Assembly: GCA_031416315.1 (NCBI GenBank)
Contig: JANOTL010000130.1
Coordinates: forward strand, 23,605-87,604
Length of the DNA: 64,000 nucleotides
Origin: Pseudomonadota bacterium
GTDB taxonomy: Bacteria > Bdellovibrionota_B > Oligoflexia > Oligoflexales > CAIYRB01
Direction: 5' to 3'
Positions within the stretch are counted from its first letter, which is position 1. The number at the start of each line of letters is the position of its first letter. The notes beneath the pieces are model-generated. The model saw only the letters and a program-made list of their open reading frames with translations. It searched no databases and was not told where the DNA came from. Made by a program: the position numbers and the translations under genes. Below are positions 25,147 to 34,992 of this stretch, piece by piece.

Positions 25147-26138
25147 AGGCGGAAATCCCTCAGTGCGTCTTCTTTGACGGCGATGCTGGCTTTGCCGCGC
25201 ACCTCCTTGGTCAGTTCTTCTCTGGCCGCTTTCTCCGCGGCGACCTTCACCTCTGCGGCGACTTGCTCGTAAAGGACGCCGTCGTCGCCTTGCACGTCCT
25301 CGACCTTGATCACGTGCCAGCCGAAGCGTGACTGCGTCAGCGCCGCGAGCTCGCCCTTTTTCGTCGCAAACGCCACCTGGTCGAACTCCGGCAGCATCCG
25401 CCCGCGCGGGAACCAGCCGAGCTCGCCGCCGTTCTGCGCGCCCGGCGCTTTCGAGCGCGCCTTGGCCAGCGCCGAGAAATCCGCGCCCGGCTTCTTAGCC
25501 AGCTCTAGGACGGCCTTCGCCTCGGCCTCGTCCTTAAGGAGGATGTGCGAGGCCTTGATCTTTTTCTGCGAGAACTCGGCCTTGTGGGCAGCGAAGAAAC
25601 GGCGCAGCGACGCTTCGTCGGTGACGCGTGCTACGCGCTTTTTCTGGTAGAGCTGCGCGAGGATGTTGATCCTTGCGGCCGCGAGCAGCTCGGCATAGTT
25701 CGGATCCAGCTCGACGCCGGCAGAGATCGCCGCCTTGGCCAAAAGGCGGTTGTCCACCATTTGATCGAGCAGCTGCCGCCGCGTCGTCGGATTGGTCGCC
25801 AGCGCCTGACCCCGCGCGCCGACAGCCTCCGCCGTCTGCCTAAGGTCCGAGTCCATGATCGGCTCGCCGTCGATGGTGACGAGCGCCTGCGGCCCCCGTC
25901 GCCCGGGAGGCGGGGTCACCGCCTGATCAGGCGCCTTCGTCTCCAGCGGCGTTCCTGCCCCGACTCCAACCGGCGCTTCCGGCTGGGACGCGGGCGCCGA
26001 AGGCATCTCCGCCGCCCCGGCCCCGGCCGGCGGCGCGCTCTTGTCCGCCGCCTCCGCGGAGAGGGTCGTCACGACAATCAAGAACAAAGGCACGACCGCC
26101 GCGCGCAGCCCAGGACTGATATGAGGAATCATCACCAT
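25143..26138 (-). CDS. Exported PpiC/parvulin-type peptidyl-prolyl isomerase
   Basis: Signal peptide; IKASHIL, FSALAK..S, GGELGWF, MLPEF, SRFGWHVIKV. Confidence 0.9.
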   Translation of the reverse strand: MVMIPHISPGLRAAVVPLFLIVVTTLSAEAADKSAPPAGAGAAEMPSAPASQPEAPVGVGAGTPLETKAPDQAVTPPPGRRGPQALVTIDGEPIMDSDLRQTAEAVGARGQALATNPTTRRQLLDQMVDNRLLAKAAISAGVELDPNYAELLAAARINILAQLYQKKRVARVTDEASLRRFFAAHKAEFSQKKIKASHILLKDEAEAKAVLELAKKPGADFSALAKARSKAPGAQNGGELGWFPRGRMLPEFDQVAFATKKGELAALTQSRFGWHVIKVEDVQGDDGVLYEQVAAEVKVAAEKAAREELTKEVRGKASIAVKEDALRDFRL

Positions 26139-26166
26139 CGCTCACTCCCTGCTGAAAATCCGGACC

Positions 26167-28698
26167 TCAGCGCCGCACGGCGCCGCAACTCTCACCGAGC
26201 CACGCCACCAGTGCCTCCATCTCCTGCTCGACCTCCTGGTCGATCAGGGTGCGCTCATTCGACTGGAAGCTGAACGCATATGCCAAAGACTTCTTCCCCG
26301 CCGGCAACTTGTCCGACTCCGCGAAGACGTCGAAGAGCGCGGCGTCACGGAGATTTTTCTTCTTCTTGAACTGCTTGATCGCCTTCGTCACGGCCTCGTG
26401 CGTGAGCGCCCGATCCACGAGGATCGCCAGATCGCGCGTCACCGGCGGGAAGCGCCGGATCTCCGAGCTCACTTTCAAGCCTTTCCCTCGCACGTCGAAC
26501 AGGATCTCCAGGTCGACCTCGAGCACGACCGGAACGGCCTCGCCGAAGCCCAAGGCCGCCGCGGCTCGCGGATGCAGCTCGCCGACGTAGCCCGCCGTCC
26601 GGCCGCCAAGGCTCAGCACCGCGGCCGCGCCAGGGTGCAGGAACGGAAAATCCGCCGCGCCCGGCCGCGCCATCTGCGCGCCCTCGATCGCGAACGCCTT
26701 CAGAAGCGACTGCAAAGCCGCTTTGCCGTGATAAAACGCCGCCCGCGCTTCGTTCGGCGCGTCCCAGCTCTTCTCGCGATAGGGCTGGTCCAGCACGGCC
26801 GCGAGCCAATGTCTTTCGGTCAATCGTCCTTGATCCTGCCTCGCGCGCGGCCCGATGTGCCGCGCCGGCCGCGCGAGATGCTTCCACGTCGGAAACTGCG
26901 CCGCGTCGACCGGCTTCGCCGCGAAGTCGAAGTAGCCGCGCCCGGCCTCGAAGAGCCGCGCCCCGCGCGCTCCGTGGCGCCGGTTCGCCAGCAAGGCGCC
27001 GAGGAGATTCGGCACCAGGAAGGTCCGCATCCACGGCACCGTCTCCTGCAGCGGATTCGCCAGCTGCACGGTCGGCCGCAAAGGATGACCTTCGCCCAAT
27101 CCCAGGGCCGAGAGCGCGTCTTCGCCGAGAAACGGGAAGCTGATCGTCTCGCGGTAGCCGGTCGCCGCCAGCGCCAACCGGGCTTTCTCCTGGAACTCGA
27201 TGAACTCGTCCTCGACGTTCGGCCGGATGCTCATCACCGGCAAGCTCATCGGGATCTTGTCGAAGCCGTAGAGCCGCGCGATCTCCTCGATCAGGTCGAC
27301 CTCGCGCTCGACGTCTCCGCGCCACGAGGGCACCTCGAAGACCATGCGGCCCGCGACCGTCTCGTCCAAAAGCCGAAACTGGAGCCCCGTCAAGATCTCC
27401 ACCGCCTCGTCGCGCGTGAGCTTCGGCAACGCCAAGAGCCGCTGCGCCTGCTCGAGCCGCAAGGCCACCGGCCTCGGCGTGCGCTCGACCGGCGCGCAGT
27501 CGATCGCCTCTTTCGCGATCTCGACCTCCGGCGCATGGTCGGCGATCAGCTGCGCGACGCGGAACGCGACCGTGGACAAGCGCTCGATGTCGATCCCGCG
27601 CTCGAAGCGATGCGACGCCTCCGTATGCAGGGAAAGCCGGCGCGCCGTCTTGCGAATCCGTCGCGGGGCGAAGGCCGCGACCTCGATGATCACGTTCTTC
27701 GTGTCGCTTTTCACTTCGGAGTCTGCGCCGCCCATGATGCCGGCGAGGCCGATCGCGCCCTCGGCGTCGGCGATCACCAGGTCGCCCTCCTCGAGCACGC
27801 GCTTCGCGCCGTCGAGCGTCGTCAAGGTCTCGCCGGCGGTCGCCGAGCGCACTTCGATGACTTTGCCGCGGATCTTCCGCTCGTCGTACGCATGCACGGG
27901 CTGCCCGAACTCGAGCAGCGCGTAGTTCGTCGCGTCGACGACGAGGTTGATCGGCCGCTGTCCGGAGGCCTCGAGCCGCTTCTGCATCCACGCCGGCGAC
28001 GGCACGACGCCGACGTTCTTCACGTAAAGGGCGACGAAGCGCGGGCACAGCTCAGAGTCCGCGACACGCACCTCGACCTGGGTCGCGGTCGTGAGCGTCT
28101 CGCTCTTTTTCGGCGCCGACTTCGGCTCTTTCAGGGGGCGTTTCAGCTTCGCCGCCAGGTCCCGCGCCAGGCCGATGTAGCCCAGGCAGTCGGCTCGGTT
28201 CGGCGTCACGTTCACGGTCAGGATGGCGTCCTCGAGGCCGAGGAGCTTGCCCACGCTCACGCCGAGGGGGCTCCCATCCTTCAGCTCGATGATGCCCTCG
28301 GCGTCCTTCGAGATGCCGAGCTCGTCCGCGCTGCACAGCATGCCGCTCGAGTTCTCGCCGCGGATCTTCGACTTCTTGATCTTGAAGTCGCCGGGGAGCA
28401 CCGCGCCGACCTTCGCCACCGCCACGAAAAGCCCTTCGCGCGCGTTCGGCGCGCCGCAGACGATCTCCAAGGGCTCGGCCCCGTCGCCGACGTCGACTTT
28501 GCAGCAGCGGAGCGTGTCCGCGTTCGGGTGCTTCACCGCCGACAGGACCTTGCCGACCACGACGTCGGAGGAGAACGCGGCTTTCGCCTCCGTGCCCTCG
28601 ATCTCCAGGCCGATCGACGTGAAGGCCGCAGAGACCTCTTCGGTCTTCAGGCCGGTGAGGTCGACGTAGTCATTGAGCCAGTTGAGCGAGATTTGCAT
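26167..28698 (-). CDS. pheT: Phenylalanine-tRNA ligase beta subunit
   Basis: MQISLNWL, HPNADTL, CGAPN, TPNRADCL, ASHRFERG, DLIEEIAR, C-terminal FPPVTRDLA...KKSLA; true start ATG 28698. Confidence 0.97.
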   Translation of the reverse strand: MQISLNWLNDYVDLTGLKTEEVSAAFTSIGLEIEGTEAKAAFSSDVVVGKVLSAVKHPNADTLRCCKVDVGDGAEPLEIVCGAPNAREGLFVAVAKVGAVLPGDFKIKKSKIRGENSSGMLCSADELGISKDAEGIIELKDGSPLGVSVGKLLGLEDAILTVNVTPNRADCLGYIGLARDLAAKLKRPLKEPKSAPKKSETLTTATQVEVRVADSELCPRFVALYVKNVGVVPSPAWMQKRLEASGQRPINLVVDATNYALLEFGQPVHAYDERKIRGKVIEVRSATAGETLTTLDGAKRVLEEGDLVIADAEGAIGLAGIMGGADSEVKSDTKNVIIEVAAFAPRRIRKTARRLSLHTEASHRFERGIDIERLSTVAFRVAQLIADHAPEVEIAKEAIDCAPVERTPRPVALRLEQAQRLLALPKLTRDEAVEILTGLQFRLLDETVAGRMVFEVPSWRGDVEREVDLIEEIARLYGFDKIPMSLPVMSIRPNVEDEFIEFQEKARLALAATGYRETISFPFLGEDALSALGLGEGHPLRPTVQLANPLQETVPWMRTFLVPNLLGALLANRRHGARGARLFEAGRGYFDFAAKPVDAAQFPTWKHLARPARHIGPRARQDQGRLTERHWLAAVLDQPYREKSWDAPNEARAAFYHGKAALQSLLKAFAIEGAQMARPGAADFPFLHPGAAAVLSLGGRTAGYVGELHPRAAAALGFGEAVPVVLEVDLEILFDVRGKGLKVSSEIRRFPPVTRDLAILVDRALTHEAVTKAIKQFKKKKNLRDAALFDVFAESDKLPAGKKSLAYAFSFQSNERTLIDQEVEQEMEALVAWLGESCGAVRR

Positions 28699-28706
28699 CG
28701 TGCCTT

Positions 28707-29759
28707 CTAGGTGAACGTCGGGAATTGTTGCAGGAAGGGGTCCGAGCCCTCGAAGAGCTGGCGCAGGTCCTCGAGCTTGTATTTCAGCATCGCCATGCGG
28801 TCGATGCCGAAGCCGAAGGCGAAGCCCGTGTAGTACTCGCTGTCGTATTCGACGGCCTCGAAGACGTTCGGATGGATCATCCCGGCGCCGCCGACCTCGA
28901 GCCAGCCGGTCTGCTTGCAGAGGCGGCAGCCCTTGCCGCTGCAATGCACGCACATCAGGTCCATCTCCGCGCCCGGCTCGACGAACGGAAAGAAGCTCGG
29001 CCGGAGCCGCGTCTTCATGCTCGAGCCGAAGATCGCCTTCATGAAGGCGTCGATCACGCCCTTCATGTGGCCGAAGGTGATGTTCTTGTCGACGACGAAC
29101 GCTTCGATCTGGTGGAACATCGGCGTATGCGTCGCGTCGGAGTCCCAGCGGAAGACGCGGCCGGGGGCCACGATCCTGAGCGGCGGCTTCTCGTTCAGCA
29201 TGCAGTGCACTTGGATGTTCGACGTGTGGGTGCGCAGGAGGAGCTCCTTTTGCCCTTTCACGTAGAAGGTGTCCTGCATGTCGCGCGCCGGATGGTCGTC
29301 CGGGAAGTTCAGCGAGCGGAAGTTGTAGAAGTCGTAGTCGATCTCCGGCCCATCGTAGACGGTGAAGCCCATGCGCCGGAACTCGGCGAGGAGCTCGCGC
29401 CGGATCAGGGTCACCGGATGCAGGGATCCGCTCGGCAGGAGCGCTTCGGTCGGCAGGCTGATGTCGAGCGGCTCGGCGCTCACCTTCGCGTCGACCGCGA
29501 AGGCCTCCGCTTTCGTCTTCAGCTCGAAGACGCGCGCCTCCACGCGCTGCTTCAAGACGTTGACCGCCTTGCCGAGCAAAGGCCTCTCCTCCTTCGTCGC
29601 CTCGCGGAGGCTCTCCAGGAGCTTCGTCACCTTGCCGCTCTTGCCGAGCCAGGCGAGGCGCATGGCCTCGACCGACTTCGGATCCGGCGAGGCCTCGAGC
29701 GCCGTCGCGGCCCTCTCGAACTCGGCCGCGTATTCCTCGGACATTTTGACCAGGCTCAC
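28707..29759 (-). CDS. pheS: Phenylalanine-tRNA ligase alpha subunit
   Basis: HPARDMQDTFY, LRTHTS, HTPMFHQIE, RPSFFPFVEP, GFAFGFGIDR; GTG start overlapping the upstream stop (alternative ATG 29744). Confidence 0.97.
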   Translation of the reverse strand: MSLVKMSEEYAAEFERAATALEASPDPKSVEAMRLAWLGKSGKVTKLLESLREATKEERPLLGKAVNVLKQRVEARVFELKTKAEAFAVDAKVSAEPLDISLPTEALLPSGSLHPVTLIRRELLAEFRRMGFTVYDGPEIDYDFYNFRSLNFPDDHPARDMQDTFYVKGQKELLLRTHTSNIQVHCMLNEKPPLRIVAPGRVFRWDSDATHTPMFHQIEAFVVDKNITFGHMKGVIDAFMKAIFGSSMKTRLRPSFFPFVEPGAEMDLMCVHCSGKGCRLCKQTGWLEVGGAGMIHPNVFEAVEYDSEYYTGFAFGFGIDRMAMLKYKLEDLRQLFEGSDPFLQQFPTFT

Positions 29760-30931
29760 TTCAAGCTCTCCAGCGCGCTCGCAAGGCGCCCAAGTCCGTC
29801 TTCGATCGTCTTCTCGTCGGTCGCGTACGACAGGCGGAGGAAGCCGGGCGCGCCGAACGCCTCGCCTGGCACCATCGCGACGTTCTCTTTCATCAGCAAG
29901 CGGTCGCTGAACGCGAACGTGTCCTTCACCAGCTTGCGCAGGTCGATGAACACATAGAACGCGCCGTGGGGCTGGACCAGGTCGACGCCGGGCATTTTGC
30001 GCAAAAGCGAGACCGCGAGGTCCCGACGCCGGCGCATGGTCTCGAAGCCGTCCGCCAAAAGGGCCTTGCCCTGACCGATGGCGAACGTCGCCGCTTCCTC
30101 GATGAAGGGCGGCAGGCAGGTCGACGAATGACTCTGCAGATCGCGCACCATTTTCATCACGCCGGTCGGGCCGGCGCAGTACCCGACGCGCCAGCCCGTC
30201 ATCGCAAAGCCCTTCGACATGCCGTTGACGTGGATGTAGCGGTCCGCGAGCTCCGGAAACAGCGTCCCGAGCGACAGGTGCTTCCGGTCGAACGCGAGGT
30301 ACTCGTAAATCTCGTCGGAGATGATCCACCACGGCTTCGTGCGCAGGTACTCGCCGAGCTCGCGCGTCAGCTTCTCGGAGAACATGTAGCCCGCCGGGTT
30401 ATTCGGCGAGTTGAGGACGATTGCCGTCGTCCTGTCGGTCGCCAGGCTCTCGAGCATCTCCACAGTCAGAGGCTCGTCCGCGACGTTCTTCGACAGGGGC
30501 AGAAACACGGGCTTGCCGCCGGCCGCCAGCACCTGGTCCGGGTAGCTCACCCAGTAAGGTGTCGGCACGAGCACCTCGTCGCCGTCGTTGAGGAGCGCCA
30601 GGAAAATGTGGAAAAGGAGCTCTTTCGCGCCGATGCCGCAGACGATGTCGCCCTCGGGGAACGAGAGCCCGTTCTCGCGGGAAAGCTTCGCGGCGATCGC
30701 CGCGCGGAACTCGGGGCCGCCGCCGGCGGCGCCGTACTTCGTCTTCCCGGCCTGGAGGGCCTTCACGGCGACGTCCACCACGCTCGCGGGCGTCGGAAAG
30801 TCCGGCTCGCCGACCGCGAAGCTCAGGACCTTGATGCCGTCCCGCGCGAGAGCCTTGGCCTTCCCGTTCAGCGCGACGGTCGGGGAGGACTTGACGGCAG
30901 AGATCCTACGGGAGACGGACGCGTGCGGCAT
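29756..30931 (-). CDS. Class I/II PLP-dependent aminotransferase (aspartate aminotransferase-like)
   Basis: GEPDFPTP, PYWVSY, NSPNNPAG, SDEIYE, SKGFAMTGWRVGY, GAFY, LRLSYA. Confidence 0.93.
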   Translation of the reverse strand: MPHASVSRRISAVKSSPTVALNGKAKALARDGIKVLSFAVGEPDFPTPASVVDVAVKALQAGKTKYGAAGGGPEFRAAIAAKLSRENGLSFPEGDIVCGIGAKELLFHIFLALLNDGDEVLVPTPYWVSYPDQVLAAGGKPVFLPLSKNVADEPLTVEMLESLATDRTTAIVLNSPNNPAGYMFSEKLTRELGEYLRTKPWWIISDEIYEYLAFDRKHLSLGTLFPELADRYIHVNGMSKGFAMTGWRVGYCAGPTGVMKMVRDLQSHSSTCLPPFIEEAATFAIGQGKALLADGFETMRRRRDLAVSLLRKMPGVDLVQPHGAFYVFIDLRKLVKDTFAFSDRLLMKENVAMVPGEAFGAPGFLRLSYATDEKTIEDGLGRLASALESLK

Positions 30932-30980
30932 GACGTGCTGGTCCCTTCATAAAGCCTAAAACCTTTGGCCCATTAAGCCT

Positions 30981-32855
30981 TTGGCGCTGACGCCGCGCAA
31001 CAGGAATGATACGGATCTGCGGGCAATGCTCGACCGCCTCACACTGACCTTTCCGAAGTTCGCTCGCCTCGTTTCCACGGGCAGCGAGGCCGCGGCGCGC
31101 GTGGACCAGGTGAAGTACGTCCGCCTGACCAACTCGTGCGCCGTCTTTACTCTCGTTATCAGCGTGATTTACGCCGCGTATTTTGCCGCGCTCGGCGCCT
31201 GGGGGCCCGTCCTCCTCGAGGCCCTGATGGTCGCGATGGGCGTTCTGGCCTTGCGCCTCAACGCCCGAGGGCGAACGTACGCAGCGCGTCACGTCTTGCT
31301 CTTGGCCGCCAACCTGGTGACCTACGTCTTCGCCTCCTGGCAAGGCCACGCATCCCAGATCCACCTGATTTATCTCGCGCTTCTTGCTTACTCGGTGATG
31401 CTCTTCGCGCCGAGGGACTGGCGCCACGTCGTCGCCTGCCTGTCGCACCAGCTGGTCGCGTTCTTCGTCCTGCTGTATGCGCCCGGCGCGCACGAATTTT
31501 CGCTGTTCGGCGCGGCGCCGGAGCACCTGATCCGCAGCAACGCGGTCGTCTCGGTCCTGATCACCGCCGGGCTGATCCTCTCGACCTTCGTCACCTACTC
31601 GGTCTCCATTCATCGCTCCGAGGCGCGCGCGGAAGCCGCGCTCTTGCGCCTCGACCGCGAGATGGATCTCGTCCAGCTTCTCCAGGACGTCGCCATCATC
31701 GCCAACAGCGCCACCGAGCTGGGGAAAGCGGCGAACTCTGCCGCCGAGCGCATCAAGCGCGTCACCGGCTGGGGCCTCGGCCGCTTCACGCCCCTGAACG
31801 GCGAGCGCCGGGCTTCCTGCGGCCTAGAGCGCGACTGCGCCGCCAGCGCGCGCTCCGTCTGGCGTCGGCGCGGCTCGGCCCAGGACCCGAGCTGGTGCGA
31901 GGCCTGCCGTCAGGCCTTCGGCCCGGGGCCCGTGCCCCTCATGCTGGTCACCGTGCCGATCGTCGCCGGCCGCGACGCCACGATCGCGATGCTGCAATTC
32001 ACCAACGATGGCCCCGTGCCGCCCTCGACGGAGATGCTCGCCAACCTAGACAACATGGGTCGCCAGCTCGGGATGATCTTCGAGCGTCGCCGCGCCCAGG
32101 ACGAGGTCGCCGAAAGCCACGTCAAGATGATCGCTGCCGCGAAGATGGCGACGCTCGGCGAGATGGCCGGCGGCATAGCCCACGAGATCAATAACCCTCT
32201 GTCCGTGATCCAGGGCTACCTCGCGCGCATCCGCCGCGGCATCGAGTGGCCCGATGCGCGCGAGCGCACCGAAGAATCGATCGCCGAGATCAACGCGACC
32301 CTCATGCGCATCACGCGGATCGTCAACGGGCTCCGCGCCTTCGCCCGCGACTCGACCGCCGACCCGTTCGAGCCGGTCAAGATTCAGCGCGTCATGGCCG
32401 ACACCCTCGCCCTTTCCGCCGAGCGTTTCCGCAGCCGGGGCATCGCCTTAGCCGTCGAGCCGGTCGATCCGGCGCTCGAGCTCGAATGCCGGCCCTCGCA
32501 GATCTCGCAGGTGCTGATCAATCTCCTCAACAACGCCTTCGACGCCGTCCAGGAGGGCCGCGCTCGCGGCTCGAAGCGCGTCAGCCTCGCGACGCGCGAC
32601 CGCGGCGACACGGTCGAGCTCGTCGTCGAGGACGACGGTCCCGGCATCCCCACCGACGTCCGAGAGAAAGTGCTTCTGCCGTTCTTCACGACCAAGCCCG
32701 TCGGTCGCGGCACCGGCCTCGGCCTCTCGATCTCCAAAGGGATCGTCGAGAGTCACACCGGAACGCTGGAGTTCTGGTCCGAGCCGGGAGCGACGCGATT
32801 CGTCGTCACTCTACCGAAAACTCAAGAATTCCACGACGACGGCAAGGGCGGCTAG
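30981..32855 (+). CDS. Membrane sensor histidine kinase (orphan)
   Basis: About six N-terminal TM segments, GAF-like region, H-box LGEMAGGIAHEINNPL, NLLNNAFDA, DDGPG, FFTTK..GTGLGL; start may be ATG 31026. Confidence 0.92.
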   Translation: MALTPRNRNDTDLRAMLDRLTLTFPKFARLVSTGSEAAARVDQVKYVRLTNSCAVFTLVISVIYAAYFAALGAWGPVLLEALMVAMGVLALRLNARGRTYAARHVLLLAANLVTYVFASWQGHASQIHLIYLALLAYSVMLFAPRDWRHVVACLSHQLVAFFVLLYAPGAHEFSLFGAAPEHLIRSNAVVSVLITAGLILSTFVTYSVSIHRSEARAEAALLRLDREMDLVQLLQDVAIIANSATELGKAANSAAERIKRVTGWGLGRFTPLNGERRASCGLERDCAASARSVWRRRGSAQDPSWCEACRQAFGPGPVPLMLVTVPIVAGRDATIAMLQFTNDGPVPPSTEMLANLDNMGRQLGMIFERRRAQDEVAESHVKMIAAAKMATLGEMAGGIAHEINNPLSVIQGYLARIRRGIEWPDARERTEESIAEINATLMRITRIVNGLRAFARDSTADPFEPVKIQRVMADTLALSAERFRSRGIALAVEPVDPALELECRPSQISQVLINLLNNAFDAVQEGRARGSKRVSLATRDRGDTVELVVEDDGPGIPTDVREKVLLPFFTTKPVGRGTGLGLSISKGIVESHTGTLEFWSEPGATRFVVTLPKTQEFHDDGKGG

Positions 32856-33048
32856 CGGTGGCGAACATGAGGCTAAGGGGAACCCACCATCTTAAGGTGG
32901 GTGCCATCTTCCAGTCACATCAGGCTTCCCCCTACTTGCCTTGTGCTCCGTGAAGAGCTCGGCGGAGGGCTTGCACACCGTGAAAGGATCTGGCTCCCTA
33001 ATTTATATGTATCGGTTCTCCAGCTAAACATGCCCGCCACCGCGAGCC
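32850..33048 (-). ncRNA. ssrS: 6S RNA
   Basis: About 199 nt closed by a terminal stem (GGCTAGCGGTGGCG 32850-32863 pairs with CGCCACCGCGAGCC 33035-33048); the minus-strand read has 6S-type motifs GAACCGA..AAATTAGGGAGCC, GGTGTGCA, GGAAGCCTGA, GGCACCCACC..GGTGGGTTC. Confidence 0.85.
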
Positions 33049-33054
33049 AAATCC

Positions 33055-33081
33055 AATATAGCACGCTGGCGGCATTTGCAA
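33055..33081 (-). promoter_or_regulatory. Extended -10 promoter for 6S RNA
   Basis: Minus strand TGCTATATT (33063-33055) about 7 nt before the RNA 5' end; TTGCAA further upstream (short 15-nt spacer). Confidence 0.6.
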
Positions 33082-33131
33082 AACGGGAACACACGCTTGT
33101 CTTTGCGCAAAAACCGCGCGACAAGCTCTCC

Positions 33132-33989
33132 ATGAATGAGGACTTGACCCAGCGTCGCGCCGCCGTTTTCGTCGTCGCCACGCCCATCGGAAATTTGGAC
33201 GACATGACCCCGCGGGCGCGCCGCACGCTGGAGAACGCCGATCTGATCGCGGCCGAGGACACGCGTCATGCGCGCAAGCTTCTGACCCTCCTCGGGATCT
33301 CCGGCAAGAACTTGGTCAGTTACCAGGACCACGGCGAAGAGCAGCGCGCAGCGGCGCTCCTCGACCGCATCGTCGAGAACGGCCTGTCGCTCGCCCTGGT
33401 CTCCGACGCCGGAACGCCCTGCGTCTCGGACCCCGGCTACCGCATCGTCAGCCAGGCTCGCGCCCGCGGGATCTCCGTCCATCCGGTCCCGGGCGTCTCG
33501 GCCGTCACGACGCTCGTCAGCGCCGCGGGCCTGCCGTGCGACCGTTTCACGTTCATCGGCTTTCTGCCGGCGCGCGCCGTCGCGTTGCAGCAGGAGCTCG
33601 AATCTTGGCAGCCCGCGAGCGCGATCGTCTTCTTCGAGTCGGCGCGCCGCTTGAAATCGACCTTGGCGGTGATCGCCGCCGTGCATCCCGGCGCGCGCAT
33701 CGCCATCGGTCGCGAGCTGACGAAGCTCCACGAGGAGATCGTCACCCTTCCGATCGCGGAGGCGATGCTGTGGGTGGAGTCGCACGCGACCTTGAAAGGC
33801 GAAGCGACGTGCATGATCTCGATCCCCGAGATGGCGCTCGGGGAGGGGGTCGACGCGGACGCGCTTCTCGACGAGGCGCGGGCGGGCTTCGCGCGCGGCG
33901 CGACCTTGAAAGACCTCCTGCGCTCGATGAAGGATCGCGGCTTGAAACGAACCGAATTGTATCAACTGCTTCTTAAGGCACGACAATAG
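33132..33989 (+). CDS. rsmI: 16S rRNA (cytidine1402-2'-O)-methyltransferase
   Basis: VVATPIGNLDD, AAEDTR, LVSDAGTPCVSDPG, FFES..R, RELTKLHEE, KGE; start ATG 33132. Confidence 0.95.
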   Translation: MNEDLTQRRAAVFVVATPIGNLDDMTPRARRTLENADLIAAEDTRHARKLLTLLGISGKNLVSYQDHGEEQRAAALLDRIVENGLSLALVSDAGTPCVSDPGYRIVSQARARGISVHPVPGVSAVTTLVSAAGLPCDRFTFIGFLPARAVALQQELESWQPASAIVFFESARRLKSTLAVIAAVHPGARIAIGRELTKLHEEIVTLPIAEAMLWVESHATLKGEATCMISIPEMALGEGVDADALLDEARAGFARGATLKDLLRSMKDRGLKRTELYQLLLKARQ

Positions 33990-33995
33990 TACGCG

Positions 33996-34022
33996 TTGAC
34001 AAAGCCGACCCGCAGTTATAAC
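33996..34022 (+). promoter_or_regulatory. Putative sigma70 promoter
   Basis: TTGACA 33996-34001 and TATAAC 34017-34022 (15-nt spacer, short). Confidence 0.4.
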
Positions 34023-34073
34023 TCTTTGGCGATTTCTAACTAGCAGTTCTCGTCGTCTCAAAGGGGGTTCCAG

Positions 34074-34895
34074 ATGCGTCGTTCCATGTTGTTGGCTGCC
34101 GCTGGCATTGCCATGTCTTTCGCCTCGGCAGCCGTCGCCGCGGATCAGTGGACGGATGCCGACACGTTCTACGCCGCCCGCGAAAATAACCGCGCCAACA
34201 TCGCGGAAGCCCGGTCGCGCTACGTCACGATTCTGAGCGCCGCGACGACGAATGCCGACAAGCTCCGTGCCGCCTCGCAGCTCGGCCGCCTCGCGATCTA
34301 CGAGGGCGAGATGGTGCTCCCGAAGGACAACACCACCGAGCGCAAGGCGATCTTCCGCGATTGCTGGGACAACTTCGCCGAGAAGATCAACCCGACCGCC
34401 GTCGGCGAGAACGCGGCCTACTACTATTTCAAAGGCGTTTGCCTCGCGTACTGGGGCGAGGCCGCTGGCCCGCTCGCTTCTTTGCCGCACGTCCCGACCT
34501 TGAATCGCATGATCGAAGGCGGCGTTCGGGTCGACGAGCGCTTCGAAGGCGCCGGCGTCCATCGCCTTGCCGCCGGCGTGTACTCGAACCGCGCGGCCCG
34601 TGGCGTCGGCCTCTACCAGCCCGAGCGCGCCGTCAACCACGCCGAGCGCATGGTCACGCTCCCGGCTTTCCCGGGCGACCCGTCGAGCGGCGCCGAGTAC
34701 TACGACAACTGGCGCGGCCTCGGCCTGGTCTATGAAGAAGTCGGCCGCGTCGAAGACGCCAAGTCGACGCTGGAAGAGAAGATCGCCGAGCTCGAGGAGC
34801 TCGTCCTGGCCAACACCCTCCCCGCCGGCCGCGGCCCCGAGGCGAAGTGGAACTTGAGCCAGATGCAAGAGCAGCTCGCGCGCCTCAGCCAGTAA
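34074..34895 (+). CDS. Secreted TPR-like helical protein (TatT-like)
   Basis: Signal peptide AAVAA; YYFKGVCLAYWGEAAG...DERFEGAGVHRLAAGVY resembles TatT-type cryptic TPR proteins. Confidence 0.65.
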   Translation: MRRSMLLAAAGIAMSFASAAVAADQWTDADTFYAARENNRANIAEARSRYVTILSAATTNADKLRAASQLGRLAIYEGEMVLPKDNTTERKAIFRDCWDNFAEKINPTAVGENAAYYYFKGVCLAYWGEAAGPLASLPHVPTLNRMIEGGVRVDERFEGAGVHRLAAGVYSNRAARGVGLYQPERAVNHAERMVTLPAFPGDPSSGAEYYDNWRGLGLVYEEVGRVEDAKSTLEEKIAELEELVLANTLPAGRGPEAKWNLSQMQEQLARLSQ

Positions 34896-34922
34896 GCTTT
34901 CGCGCCATTTCCGAATGATCCG

Positions 34923-34955
34923 GCGCTCGCGCGTCTCTTCCAGACGCGCGGGCGC
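34923..34955 (+). terminator. Intergenic hairpin (terminator or mRNA-stabilising stem)
   Basis: GCGCTCGCGCGTCT-CTTCC-AGACGCGCGGGCGC, 14-bp stem with one G-U pair. Confidence 0.55.
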
Positions 34956-34992
34956 TTCGTCTCTCGATCCATTTCAACGGAGCCCGTGCCCC

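Noticed and set aside
32901..33131. N-terminal extension of rsmI in the ORF track
   Set aside because: It overlaps the 6S RNA and its promoter; RsmI similarity starts after ATG 33132. Similar false extensions affect trpB, pheS, pheT, pilN, pilP and the 15052 gene.
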